Counted from the stretch's first letter, positions 1 through 15,336 are shown. The stretch is DNA of 64,000 bases from Chrysomallon squamiferum (GCA_012295275.1 CM022667.1:13640001-13704000), one strand, 5' to 3'. Made by a program: numbers and translations. Notes: a model not told the origin generated them from the sequence alone.

Positions 1-51
1 ATAGATTCAGTTTGTCCAGATAAACAAACCCATCTCCCACTGGACAGGAAC
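1..51 (-). other. Exon 3 (5' part) of a further C-type lectin copy that continues beyond the window start; it has no exons 1-2 of its own
   Basis: Minus strand ttcctgacag|GT TCC TGT CCA GTG GGA GAT GGG TTT GTT TAT CTG GAC AAA CTG AAT CTA = SCPVGDGFVYLDKLNL, matching exon 3 of copies A-F. Intron homology stops at ~106, where an intergenic repeat begins. Confidence 0.8.
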
Positions 52-448
52 CTGTCAGGAAATGATAATAATTGCTAAAAAGTTTTTAAAATAATAATTA
101 GTTTTCCTTTGTATAACTTTTGTAATCTCCCAAAGATTTCAATTTTTGATGAGTTTATTTATTAACATTCGACACTATCTGATAATCAACAAATATAAAA
201 ACAAAAAAACTGGAAGTCAGCTTTATTCTGTTGATATCAACTTCCAAAGACATTACAACAAAGTGTTTTCTTCTGGATCATCTATTAAACAAAACTGTGC
301 ATAGTCAAGTATTCCATTTCACTGCCTTTCTCTCTGTATGACTTGTTTGATACATGACTATTGGAACGTGTGACTATACGACATAAAGCTGTATATTGTC
401 AGAAATCAATGTGATGACAATGGTAACAATGGTAATGACAACAACAGG

Positions 449-538
<90 letters not shown>

Positions 539-1747
539 CTCTCTGGCTCTGTTAGCAAATTCGTGAATTGGTTTCACAGCAGTCAATTGTCTCAAATGTG
601 ATTTTATGATTTAATTTAATTTAATTTAATTTTATTTATTTTTATTACTTTTTGTCGATGAGTTTAATTTTTGAATTATTATTCTTCCGTTTAACTTTTT
701 TTCTCTCTGTCTAGTTACTTTTATATGTCTTTCTTCTTTATGATATGTCTATTTTAATTTAATTTACTTTAGTGTCGCTTTTTGTTATGATTGTGTTTGC
801 CGTTGTCGTTGTTGCGTTTTCTCACCTGTGAAGATTATGAAATTTATTCGGATGCCTACTTAAAAATAAATACATTTGATAAAATACAAATTCCCTGATG
901 GAGTTGAATATAAGCAGGTTGTTGAGGTTCTCATCCTTATTATTAATAATCTAGAACGGGATATATGTTTTTCGTATATACCTTTATTCTTGTATGAGAA
1001 AATATAATGTTTCCTTTAAATATGTTTCATTAGTAATAGTACTATTACTATTTGTAGTAGTACTTGTTGTCGTGGTCGTTGTTGCTCTTCTAATTGTTTG
1101 TTTTTGCTGGGGTTTTGTTTGTTTCTTTGTTTCATTATGTATCGATTTACTGTTCATAGTTACTTTCTATGTTCCATATGTAAATGTATAAACTATCATT
1201 TGTTAATTGTAATTTTCATTACATCCATATCTTTTGTAATTAACGATTTCAAAACTTAATTACATTTATTTTAGTTCTGAGTAACCTTTCTTGATTAAAA
1301 GTTTGATTTAATTGTAAATTCATGGAAACAAGTCCCTACTTACAACCGGGTTACGTTTAAAGTAATCGTAGGTAACAGACAACGTTACAAGGAATTTACT
1401 TACGTTTTTTGCACTGTTTATGTTGACTTGTTTTTAGCAGAGCAGAAACACTGAAATGTGAATTAATTAATTGTAGATTTTTAACTATAACTATTCCTGC
1501 TCTGAATTTTTAATTCATGATATGCTCTTGACGAGGAAACATTTTGATGGAGGAATGAGTAACTCTGTTTTAGACAACTATTTTATTTTAATCAACCTCA
1601 TCATAACATCAGAATCATCATAATAAGCATGTTTGTCGTCAGAATTTATAAATTACTGATTCATTAAAGATTAAAAAAAAAAAAAAAATCTGATTTGTTA
1701 GTTTCATCTGTAACATGTATCAGATTGTGATTCAATAATACAACAAA

Positions 1748-2055
1748 TCACATTGGTTTCTCACAAATGTAATTTTCTTTTGTATAACACAAGAAATCAT
1801 GCCATGTGTTCAAAGGAAAACGTAACATAACACAGTCCTCGTCAAAAAGATTATCATGTGGTTCATTGGTTCCCCAATTGAAAAACAGTGCCTGATTTCC
1901 GTCCTCCCAAACATAAATGCCTTCTTTAACAGCATCAGTCAGTCCGATGAATATATATTCACCTGTTTCTGAATAACAATAAGAGAAATAATAAAAATAC
2001 CAATGACAATAAAAACAGCGACAACAACAACAAGAACAACAACGACAACAATAAC

Positions 2056-2102
<47 letters not shown>

Positions 2103-2956
2103 TAATAACAATGAATTGAAAATGTATTTAGTTACAACGGGTAAAACAATACCGTATTTATTAAAGAAGTTTTCATTGTCAATTAAATGAAATAGTTGTG
2201 GATTAGTAGTATTAGTAGTAGTTACATTTCAATATTTATGTTCCTACCTATGTTTGCTTGGATGTAGTCACCAACAGCTGTATTTTTCTCTCCTGTGTCC
2301 AGTACAATCAGTCTTGAACCTATCTGACTGCAGGCATCACGTGCTTCAGTAAAAGTTTTCTGATCGCTGAACACTTTGAAACAGAGATTCAGTTTGTCCA
2401 GATAAACAAACCCATCTTCCACTGGACAGGAACCTGCCAGGAAATTATAATAATTTCTAAAAAGGTTTTTAAAATTATAATTCGTTTTCAGAATTAAGAA
2501 TCATACTTATAGTAAAGTCTGTAATTTTTTTTTCAAGGACAGTTTCAGAAATTTCTTACAATCCTAGAAATATACATATATATATATTTTAAAATTATTG
2601 TTGCTATCTTTCTGTGTGGCTGTTTGTGTGTGTTTAATTAATTTAAACTATTTGTTTTAATGTGTGTGTGTCTGTAAATTTCTACCTGCACTCAGGTAAA
2701 AGTGCGTCCAGCCAGGTGAAGCTGAAAAGCTGCCCGTATTCATCAATCTCAAATAATGCAGACGACAAATTCCATACACGTTGTACGAAAACCAAACACA
2801 GGTAGAATTATTTGCGCATCGTATCCCACAATCCCTTTGTGATGTAATTTTTTCAGCAGAAGATATGAGAGCCTGGTTTATCTGAACATCATCAAAATCA
2901 GGATATTTTATCCATATCATTGTCGTGTTGCACCTGTGATGATGATGATCATGATG

Positions 2957-3015
<59 letters not shown>

Positions 3016-3353
3016 AAGAAGAAGAAGAAGAAGAAGAATGTTATTTGAATTAGTAAAGATAGATTAGTTTGGTTACATTATAACTCTCTCGGAATATTTT
3101 TTTTTTTTTAGCTACCATAAACAGCATTCTACTATAAATAAAAGAAATTTTAAATAAAATTTCTATTTCGTTTAATTTGATTTTATAACAACTGATTTGT
3201 CTTATTGCAATATCAAAGAATTATATTCGTTGTAAATTTTATCTCTATCCTAAGATATAGTTAACAATATATAAAAACAGATATTACCTACCTCATGTTA
3301 CCATGGCAACAGATTACAAACGTTAACACCAAAATAAATGGTGAATAATCCAT
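1748..3353 (-). CDS. Secreted PAN/apple + C-type lectin domain protein, copy A (238 aa, 4 exons, intact)
   Basis: Exons 3353-3292 (MDYSPFILVLTFVICCHGNM, signal-peptide-like), 2933-2686 (PAN core CGIRCANNSTCVWFSYNVYGICRL), 2433-2248 ([19 protein letters not shown]...FTEARDACSQIGSRL) and 1968-1748 (FIGLTD...WGTNEPHDNLFDEDCV...WHDFLC...YICEKPM*). All introns GT-AG, phases 2,1,1; total 717 nt with an open frame. Confidence 0.9.
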
Positions 3354-5091
3354 CTCTCGCAAGTATGAAAGAATTTCAACCAAACTGTCCGGTGTAATAA
3401 TTTGTACTACGCAGTGAGTATCTGTATTTGGTTCGGAATGAATATTGATTATTGATTATCTTTCCAGGAGAAGAAAATTCGAATAGAGAAGCCCACAAGT
3501 TGAGACAATGTGTCTGATGTTGTATTAATGAGAATATTATCAAATCCCTGATGACAAACAACATTAATTTTTGAACTCTAGCATACTATGCAATCTTACC
3601 TCTTTGTATTACGTGCAGAAAAATATACTGAGAATAAAAATCAAAGAAATATTTTATAATGTGTTTTTATATTAACAGAGACGATTAAATAAACTGTAAA
3701 AAGATAATTAGGAACAAGTTGTAATCTTTGTTGGTTTTCAAGTGTCTGCATTTCAGTAGAGTTTTGTAACATAATAAAAATGTTGGTTGGCTTTGAAATG
3801 ATTGATTCATAGTTTCTAATATAACATAATCCCACACTACACTGACTAGTAGAAAACACGTCAAATAATATGCCGAAAACACGTGTGTGTTTCACGTGAA
3901 ATCCACATAAATACACGATAATTTGCATAAATATCACACGTTCTTTTTGTGTTTCCAAGTGTTTATTGTTCGAAAAAAGTCCACGAGATTTAAGATATCA
4001 ATATCTTTATCCTTCATAAGCATTTCAAATCCATGAAGGTTCCATATATAACTCATATTCCTTCACACGGTACTTTGGCTCCAGATAATACCTACCAGTT
4101 CAGGGCAAATGACCTTTTACTGAGATGGTTGACGTGTTTTCATCCACTGAAACAGGATCTGTGAAGTATTGTAATCTAAACCTTTTTATATACTCGTTTA
4201 ATATCTGTACACTCTTTGAGGTATAATTAAGACGTTAGGAACGTTTGAGCTAATTAATGCCATAAATAAATTAATGAGTGACATTTATGAATGTTCGCAA
4301 CATGTTTAAAAATAATGCATACGTCTGGATCTCATAAAAAGTTTCATTTTTATATATAATACTTATATATTCGTTTAACACTATATGAGTAACTGAGTGC
4401 TTATGTTGCCAAATGACTGAAACGAATGACAATTTCTCCGTAGGTTAAGAAGAAGAATTATAATGAAATTTATTGAGATACAAATTCGTAAATTATTTCA
4501 TATCAGTGACATCAAGATATCTTGATCTTATTTTAATCTGGTTTTCTAGTTTAATAATACAGAATAATAGACAGTAACAAACTGGTATCGAACAATATAG
4601 AAAATCACATTGATGTCTGACAATATTCGGCTTTATGCCATATAGTCACATGTGCCATTAGTCATGTATCAAACAAGTCATACAGACAGAAAGGCAGTGA
4701 AATGGAATACTTGACTATGCACACTTTTGCTTAATAGATGATCCAGAAGAAAGCACTTTGTTGTAATGTCTTTGCAAGTTGATATCAACAGAATAAAGCT
4801 GACATCCACTTTTTTTTTTATATATGTATTTGTTGATTATCAGATAGTGTCGAATGTAGTCATCAAAAATTAATTTCTTTGGGAGATTACAAAAGTTATT
4901 CTATCTAAAGTTTTGTATTTTAAGTATTTGTAATGTTTGATACTAATTAGAGGGCTAAGTTTTGCAGAATTTTATTTGTTTTATTAAAGTGAACTTGCAG
5001 TTTTAAATAATTAAATTAAGAGCTAAAGGAATCTGAGTTTTTGATGTCCTGTTCCATTGTAAAACTGCAGAAAGGTATTCATGAATTTGCT

Positions 5092-5093
<2 letters not shown>

Positions 5094-5183
<90 letters not shown>
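5094..5183. repeat. (AG)n microsatellite; equivalents at ~451-545, 6103-6208, 23074-23138, 41925-42002, 56797-56914, 60358-60447
   Basis: Pure dinucleotide runs; source of the RERERE / SLSLSL pseudo-ORFs. Confidence 0.95.
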
Positions 5184-5186
<3 letters not shown>

Positions 5187-5329
5187 GCTGCATGCATTAT
5201 TATTATCATCATCATTATTATCCATGATTATCTTCAAAATCTAGTTATTGAATTTGTATGCTGTGCATGTGAAGCTCTTGTTATTAGGTTTTTGCTTAGT
5301 ATATTGATCCTAAATAAATAAAATAAAAT

Positions 5330-6780
<1,451 letters not shown>

Positions 6781-7042
6781 ACGGCAGCAGCAACAACGAC
6801 AACACTAATAATAATAACAATAATAACAACGTTAAACAAGTAAAAAGAAAATAATTAAAACCAAACAAAATAAATTATCTAAATGCAAAGCACATGCATA
6901 TATTACTGCTATAACAACGCTTTTATTCGATTTAAGTGTTTTTTATCGGATCTCTTCAACCAAAATTCACCTTTCTTTGTAAAAATAACAAACGATTTGT
7001 TATTTAGTTATTTATTTATTAAATTTATGATTATTATTATTA

Positions 7043-7101
<59 letters not shown>

Positions 7102-7148
7102 CAACTTTAAGTATTTTATTCAAAACGCTTAGCATATAGGATCTGAGG

Positions 7149-7199
<51 letters not shown>

Positions 7200-7202
<3 letters not shown>

Positions 7203-8372
7203 TTTCCGAAATAAGTTTAGCAATTATGTACAAGATATGAAATACAGACAACCTGATTGGATATTGATTTTATTTGTACACATTATTTCATTGATACAGC
7301 ATTTCTGAATGTGGCCAGCAGTAGTAACACGTCGTCACGGTGTCAGCGTCTTTGCTTTAATGTGAGCTGATGAAACGGAGGGGTACATCTAATAAAATGG
7401 TGAGAGACACTCAATAATGTGTGTGTACACCAGCGCATTGATGACAGCAGTACATCGACGTCTCATGCTTCTGATCATAGCATTAATCTCAGGAACAGTA
7501 ATTGGGTTCCATTCCAGGTTCAGAGCAATTTGTAGAACATGGACATTTAAGATATGAGGATGGTTTTCGCATACCCTACGGCCCAGTAGATCAATGCATA
7601 CTCAATTTAGGATCAAGTCGCGGACTTTGGTGGCCAGTTCAATGTCGTTCCGCTCAAGAAGATGAGCGGTGGTCTAGCATTGTCATGTTGAAACAGAAAG
7701 CCAGGATTCTGAATGGAATGACTGAACGTATTGTCTGCGTCTATCTCAGACGTTCCTGAACGTGACGCGCTGTCAGGGGAACAGCTACGACAGGGCGACG
7801 TGCTTGTAAACCAGCAGCATGGAGACGATTGCGGAAACTTTGAGCATGAATTCTAGTGCCTGTGGTTTGCTGTAACGTACGTGCTAAAGTGGAGCACTTT
7901 AGAACCTATGACGTCAAGATGACGTCACTAAGTCCCTATGTTCCTTTTGAGTAGTTAATCGTGATCTACCAGAACGGGGTCGATCTCGAACTTGCCCAAT
8001 TTGGTGTACTCGTTGTTGGAGTCGTCACATGGTACTGTCATCAACAGGAAGATACTGAGCGACATCGTGTATTCGTTGACCGGCGTTAAGCCGTCCCCTT
8101 ACTTCATGTCGTTGATTTTCCGTTAAGTCTGGACGGCGACCCGTTATAAACGGGATAAAATCTTTCTTTTGTTTCTGGATCATGGTGGGTCAGCGCATCA
8201 AATTGTGGTTTCAATATAACCGTGTGCAGGTGCAGTATATATAACAAACTGTGCTGTTTTACTTACCCAAAGCGACTGGGCATATGCAGCTAACGTATTA
8301 CAAAGATTTATCACTTTATTTTAATTTATTTCGCAGCTACAAAGATTTGCTACAAACTTTATTGGTTAAGTA
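7200..8372 (-). mobile_element. Decayed, internally deleted Tc1/mariner (Tc1 DD34E-type) DNA transposon, copy 1
   Basis: Minus-strand remnants RDRPRSGRSR, FRNRLHAAGLQARRP..LTARHVQERLR, FQHDNARP and frameshifted WPPKS(P)DL.P.IE..DLLGRR. Degenerate ~25-bp TIRs (TACTttccgaaataagtttagcaa / TACTtaaccaataaagtttgtagcaa) flanked by TA. Stops and frameshifts present. Confidence 0.88.
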
Positions 8373-11300
8373 TAACAGTGTATTGTGCTATCAGAATGCT
8401 GATATTAGTTATTAACTGAAATGAATTATTTTAAAGAAGTTAGTAGGGTTAATGTATGTTATTGTACCAGTATTTTACACATCGAAATGCTCTACAGATG
8501 AGGTATTGTGTCCAAGAAGAAAAAAAAATGACTTGTCACAGGAACCTACTCTGGAAATGAAAACATATTACGTCGCTGTTGGATGTGTCATGTACATTGA
8601 TACAAAAACAGTTAGATGGAATGTATTTGCTGAATGTGCATACATCTCTCACAAACCCTTTGGTGCAATTAGTATACACAATTTGCACACTACAACATTA
8701 TTAATTTCGTTAGAAAGTTAAAAACTGCTGTTCTATTCTATTTTTTGTTATTGTTTTTATTTTGTTTTTTTGTTGAATAAAGAGAAGTCTGGAAAACTAA
8801 ATGGAAACAGGAACAAAATAAACTTTTAAAAATCTAATTATGTTTTATCTTTTTATTTTATGTTTATTTTATTAAATTTGATGGATGTGTTCTCAGAAAG
8901 AGAGTCACAAAATACAGTGGAAATGGAATTTGGAATTTTTAAATCTTGAATCTGTAAACTCTGAATATGAATGGTTTATTTATCTGAAAATTGGCGCATA
9001 ATCAGTGACAGCTTGAGCAGAACCCACTTTAAGAAGCCCGGACTCTACCTGACGTGAAACTAATTTGTTTTTGATATGGTGATGAGCTAAATAACTGTTT
9101 ATTTGTTCTTTGTCATAGAAAACTGAAAATAAAATAAAAATAAAAATAAAAAATAACATTAATGCAATCTGCAATAAGGACGAAAATGTTAGTTATTTAA
9201 TAACTAATAATTCATTAAAGAAAAATTAAAAACCAAGTATCTTATTCTATATGTTGTACATTGAAGTATGGTCTGTAATCCAGAGCCATGAAATATAAAC
9301 ATATTTTATATAGGTAATACAGCTTATCAGTGAGATAGATAATATATCACTGAAGTATGTTATTCAGCGTTTCTATTACTATGATTATTATTTTAGATCT
9401 AAACAGACACTGTAAAATATATAGTGTAAATGAATTTTGGATTGTAATTATTTATTTTTAAATGAACGATAAATGTATAATAAGATTTATATGTTAAAAT
9501 CGAAAAAGCAGTGCAAATATAATTCATTCCTAATAGTTCAATGCGATAATTTCGTTCGGCTGTTTCATGAATACGAACTATATTGAAATAAAAAAAAACT
9601 ATAAAAAAGGAGAAGGGTTAAACAAAAAAGAATTCACAGTTCATTTATTTCACAGAAACTCTATACACTTTTAAAATTGAAACTTGTAAAAACTAATTTT
9701 TGGGGAAAAACCACATGTATTTTTAGAATAAAAATAGAGGTTGATATGCTAATTTTAACAAAACGCGACTTTTACTCCTAGATCTTTCTGAAGAAAACAA
9801 CAACATAGAAACGAAAGAACAAAATCAGAATCATTACACTCAGCAAAAACAGAAATATTACAGTGTGAAATTGAACAACCTGATTTTCAGAATTACCATT
9901 GATTATGATGATGATAATGGTAATGACAACAACAGGGTACTCTCTCTCTCAAGACAACCAAAACAAAGTTTCTTTTGATGAGAACACTTTTCATTTTGGG
10001 GCTGTAAAATGTAAAATAAATAAATAAACAGAAGAAAAATTAATTATGGCTAACTTGTTGTTAATGATGATACTCAGAAAACACATGTAGTATATGGTAC
10101 TGTTATAACTACATATATTTCAATCAACAACAGAGCAAATCATTAGTATTCAAAATTCACAACTGGAATTTAATTTTTAATCATTCTGAGACGGCTATAA
10201 ATGTATACAAAATCAAAGAATCAGTGTGAACCGATATTTGGTTTCACAGCAGTCATTTCTCTCAAATGTGATTTTATGATTTAATTTAATTTAATTTAAT
10301 TATATTTGTTTTTATTTTATTTTTTTTGTCGATGAGTTTAATCTCTGAATTATTAGTCTTCTGTTTTACTTTTTTTTTCTCTGTCTAGTTATTTTTATAT
10401 GTCTTTTTTTTAATGATATGTCTATTTTAATTTAATTTACTTTAGTGTCGCTTTTTGTTATGTTTGTTTTGTCGTTGTCGTTGTTGCGTTTTCTCACCTG
10501 TGAAGATTATGAAATTTATTCGGATGCCTACTTAAAAATAAATACATTTGATAAAATACATATTCCCTGATGGAGATGAATATAAGCAGGTTGTTGATGT
10601 TGTCGTCCTTACTATTAATCATCTAGAACGGGATATATATATTTTTCGTATATACTTTTATTCTTGTATAAGGGAATATAATGTTTTCTTTAAATATGTT
10701 TCATTAGTAGTAGTACTATTTGTAGTAGTACTTGTTGTAGTGGTCGTTGTTGCTGTTGTAATTGTAGTACAAGAAAAAGGGATGTGCTAATTATGCTAAT
10801 TATGATACAGAATATTTTTGTTCTTATATAGTATTGGATACAAAATCAATATATCAGTGTGAACCGATATTTGGTTTCACAGCAGTCAATTGTCTCAAAT
10901 GTGATTTTATGATTTCATTTTACTTCATTTTATTTTATTTTATTTTTTTAATTTTTATTATTTATTGTCGATGAGTTTTATCTTTGAATTATTATTCTTC
11001 TGTTTTACTTTTCTCTCTCTCTCTCGTTTTTTTTTATGTCTGATTTATTTTATTTTATTTAGTTTAATTTAGTCTCGCTTTTTATGATTCTTTTTTTCGT
11101 ATATACTTTTATTCTTGTATAAGATAATATAATGTTTCCTTTAAATATGTTTCATTAGTAGTAGAACTATCTGTAGTAGTACTGGTTGTGGTGGTCGTTG
11201 TTGCTCTTGCAATTGTAGTACAAGAAAAAGGGATGTTTGTTTTTGCTGGGGTTTTGTTTGTTTCTGTGTTTCTTTATATATCGATTTACTGTTCATTGTT

Positions 11301-11879
11301 ACTTTCTATGTTCCATATGTAAATATATAAACTATCATTTGTTAATTGTAATTTTGATTACATCCATCTGTCATATATCTTTTGTAATTAAGGATTTCAA
11401 AGTTTAATTAGGTTACTTTTACTGCTGAATAACCTTTCTTGATTAAAAGTTTGATTTAATTATAAAATGATAGAAATCAGTGCTGAGTATTCTCTAGTTA
11501 CGATCGGGTTACGTTTAAACTAATCTGAAGTAACTGACAACGTTACAAAGAATTTAATTACGTTTCTTTCATGTTGACGTATTTGTGTTGAGCAGAAAGA
11601 CTGAACATGTTAATTAATTGTTGCTTTTGAACTACAACTATTCTTGCAGTGAATTTGTAGTTCATGAAATGCTCTTGACGATAAAACATTTTGACGAAGA
11701 ATGAATAACTCTGTTTTAGACAATTATTTTGGTTTTAATCAACCAGATCATATCCATCAGAATCATCATTGTGTCAGAATTGATAAATTACTGATTCATT
11801 AAAGATTTAAAAAATGAATGAACTGATTTTGTTAGTTTTATTGTAACAGTATCTGATTTGCATTCAATATTGCAGAAAA

Positions 11880-12652
11880 TCACATTGGTTTCTCACAAAT
11901 GTAATTTTCTTTTTTAGAACACAAGACATCATGCCATGTGTTTAAAGGAAAACGTAACATAACACAGTCCTCGTTACCGTTACTATTGTGAGGTTCATTG
12001 GTTCCCCAGTTGAAAAACACTGCCTGATTTCCGTCCTCCCAAACATACACGTCTTCTGTAACAACATCAGTCAGTCCGATGTATAAATATTCATCTGTGT
12101 CTGAATAATAATAACAGGACTAATAAAAGTACCAATGACCATAAAAACAGCGACAACGACGACAACAACAACAATAACAATAATAATAACAATCACTGGA
12201 AAATGTATTTAGTTACAACTAGTGAAAAGTACCGTATTTATTATAGAAGCTTTTTTTTGTCAAGTAAATGGAATAGTTGTAGATTTTGCCTTAGTAGCTG
12301 TATATCAATATTTATGTTCCTACCTATGTTTGCTTGGATGTGGTCACCAACAGCTGTGTTTTTCTCTTCAGTGTCCAGTACAATCAGTCTTGAACCTATC
12401 TGACTGCAGGCGTCACGTGCTTCAGCAAATGTTTTCTGATCGCTGAACACTTTGAAACAGAGATTCAGTTTGTCCAGATAAACAAACCCATCTTCCACTG
12501 GACAGGAACCTGTCAGGAAATTATAATAATTTAGAAAAGGTTTTAAAATAATAATTCGTTTTCGGAATTAAGAATCATACTTACAGAAACGTCATATATC
12601 GACTAATTTTTGTTACAAGGATAGTTTTTGAAATTTCTTTATAATCTTAGAA

Positions 12653-12693
<41 letters not shown>

Positions 12694-13196
12694 CACGCAC
12701 ACACACACAAATAGATAAAAATACTTTAAATTAATTGAAACACTCAGACAGAAAGACAGTAATTATAATTAAAAAATATATATATATATTTATAATTTTT
12801 ATTACAGTCTTTCTGTGAGTGTGTTTCAATTAATTTCAATTATTTAGTTAAAAATATTTTTGTCTGTCTGTCTCTCTGTGTGTGTCTTTAATGAATTTAA
12901 GGTATTTTGTGTGTGTGTTTATTTGTACATGCATTCAGGTAAAAGTGCGTCCAGCCAGGTGAAGGTGAAAAGCTTGCGGAATTTGTAAATCTCAAATAAT
13001 GCAGACGACATGTTCCATACACGTTGTACGAAAACCAAATACAGGAAGAATTATCTGCGCATCGTATCCCACAATCCCTTTGTGATGTGACTGTTTCAGC
13101 AGAAGATATGAGAGCCTGGTTTATCTGAAGATCATCAAAATCAGGATTTTTTATCCACATCATTATCGTGTTGCACCTGTGATGATGATGATGATG

Positions 13197-13261
<65 letters not shown>

Positions 13262-13587
13262 TGAATTAGTAAAGATAGATTAGTTTGGTTACATTATCAC
13301 CATCTCGGAATAATTTCTTTATTTTTACGTACCATAATCACCACTCTACTATTAACAGTAAAAGAAATTTAAAATAAAGTAACGAAAAATTAATTTCTGT
13401 TTGGTTTGATTTGATTTTATAACGTCAGATTTCTCTTATTGCAATATAAAAGAATTATATTCGTTCTAAATTTTATCTCTATCCTCAGATATAGTTAACA
13501 ATATATAAAAACAGATATTACCTACCTCTCGTTACTATGGCAATATATTACCAAAGTTACTAGCAAAATAAATGGTGAATAATCCAT
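11880..13587 (-). CDS. Secreted PAN/apple + C-type lectin domain protein, copy B (238 aa, 4 exons, intact frame)
   Basis: Exons 13587-13526, 13176-12929, 12509-12324 and 12100-11880; same sizes (62/248/186/221) and phases as copy A. Exon 4 ends WGTNEPHNSNGNEDCVMLRFPLNTWHDVLCSKKENYICEKPM*. The exon 2 donor is weak (T|GTACAA). Confidence 0.87.
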
Positions 13588-14961
13588 CTGTCGCGAATAT
13601 GAAAGAATTTCAACCAAACTGTCCGGTGTAATAATTTGTACTACGCAGTGAGTATCTGTATTTGGTTCGGACTGAATATTGATTATTGATTGTCTTTCCA
13701 GGAGAAGCAAATTCGAATAGAGAAGTCCACGATTTGAGACAATGTGTCTGGTGTTGTATTAATGAGAATATTATCAAATACCTGATGAGAAACAACATTA
13801 ATTTTTGTACTGTGGCATACTATGGAAGTTTTCTTTTTTGTATGGCGTGCAGAAAAATATACTGACCAAAAAATCAATGAAATCTTTTATAATATAAATA
13901 AGTATAGCTGTATTAAATAGTTTATATACTGACTACATGTATAGTAACAGAGACAATTAAATAAATGGTGGAAACATAATTATACAGAGAAAATTAAAAT
14001 TTAATTAGGAACAAGGTGTAATCTTTGTTGGTTTTCAGGTATCGACATTTCAGTAGTGTTTTGTTAACATTTTGCTTTGTGATATAATAAATAGATTTGA
14101 AAGAATTCATACATATTTTCTAACATAACATAATCCCTCACGACACTGACACGTGGAAAACACGAGATATAATATGCCGAAAACACGTGTGTGTGTTTCA
14201 CGTGAAATCCGCATGAAATCCACGATGTTTGCACAAATATCACACGTGTTTTTTTGCACATTTTATCCATTTGTTTATAGTTCATAAAAAAAAAATAATT
14301 GAAAATCCAAGAGATTTCCACATATTTTCCGTGTGATATCAATATGTTTATTGGCAATAAGGATGTCAAATCGATGAGGGTTCCATGTTTAACTCGTATT
14401 TCTTCACAAGGTACTTTGGTTCCTGCTAATACCTGCCAGTGCAAGGACAAATTATTAAAAAAATTTTTTTTTTTTTTGGGGGGACTGTTGATGTGTTTTC
14501 ATCCATTGAAGCAGGATCTGTGAAGTATTGTACTTTAAGCAAATTAATGCTATAATTAATTAATTGGAACTCTGGATCTCATAAAAAAGTTTCATTCTGG
14601 TATGTAATACGTGTTTATTGGTTAAAAACTATATAAGATATTCAGTGTTTATGTTGCCTATATTTTGTTTATTATGTTATTGGGAATCTTTATTTATTAC
14701 GATGATTATTATTTTAATGAAAATTCTCTCGTTGTTATTTTATAATTTGCCATATTTATTGTCATCTTGTTGCTATTCGTAAATGACGTCAGTGCATATA
14801 TTTAAGTATATAGTCTGTTTCTGTGATATTATAGTTATTGGTTTTTCGACTAGTCAAACATTTTTTCATTGTTTTAACACTATACAGCAATACACTGTTT
14901 TCGAACAATACACAAAATTTGTTGTTTTGTACTGTTGGATTTTGTTTTGTTATTGTTGCTT

Positions 14962-14998
<37 letters not shown>

Positions 14999-14999
14999 T

Positions 15000-15036
<37 letters not shown>

Positions 15037-15336
15037 GAGGATAGAGATAAAATATATAGATATATATGCTTATATAGATATAGATAGATAGATAGATGTA
15101 AACATCTTATGTTCTTACGTTAAGTAATTAATGAATAAAACTAACTATATTGACTGTAAATGCCTTAAATCTCAATGAAATTAAAAAAATGATAATTTAA
15201 TCTGTAATCCGTTTGACTTGATTTTATGACGACAGATTTCTCTTAATGCAATATCACACAATTATCTTCATTGTAAATTTTATCTCTGTCCTCAGAAAAA
15301 GATAGAAATATTCTTTAAACAACAAAACATACTTAC

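Noticed and set aside
374-595. RERERE / SLSLSL / poly-L,I,Y,N ORFs throughout the ORF track
   Set aside because: Translations of (AG)n, (AAT)n, (TA)n and (CA)n microsatellites with no coding signal.
7502-7759. GC-rich plus-strand ORFs at 7502, 44601 and 44792, and minus-strand ORFs at 58739/58762
   Set aside because: Antisense readings of the Tc1 transposase relic.
8452-8721. ORF conserved with 45500-45736 (YYVAVGCV..IDTKTV.WNVFAECAY)
   Set aside because: Similarity is explained by the segmental duplication; starts differ, the third copy near 58.2 kb is more diverged, and no domain was recognised.
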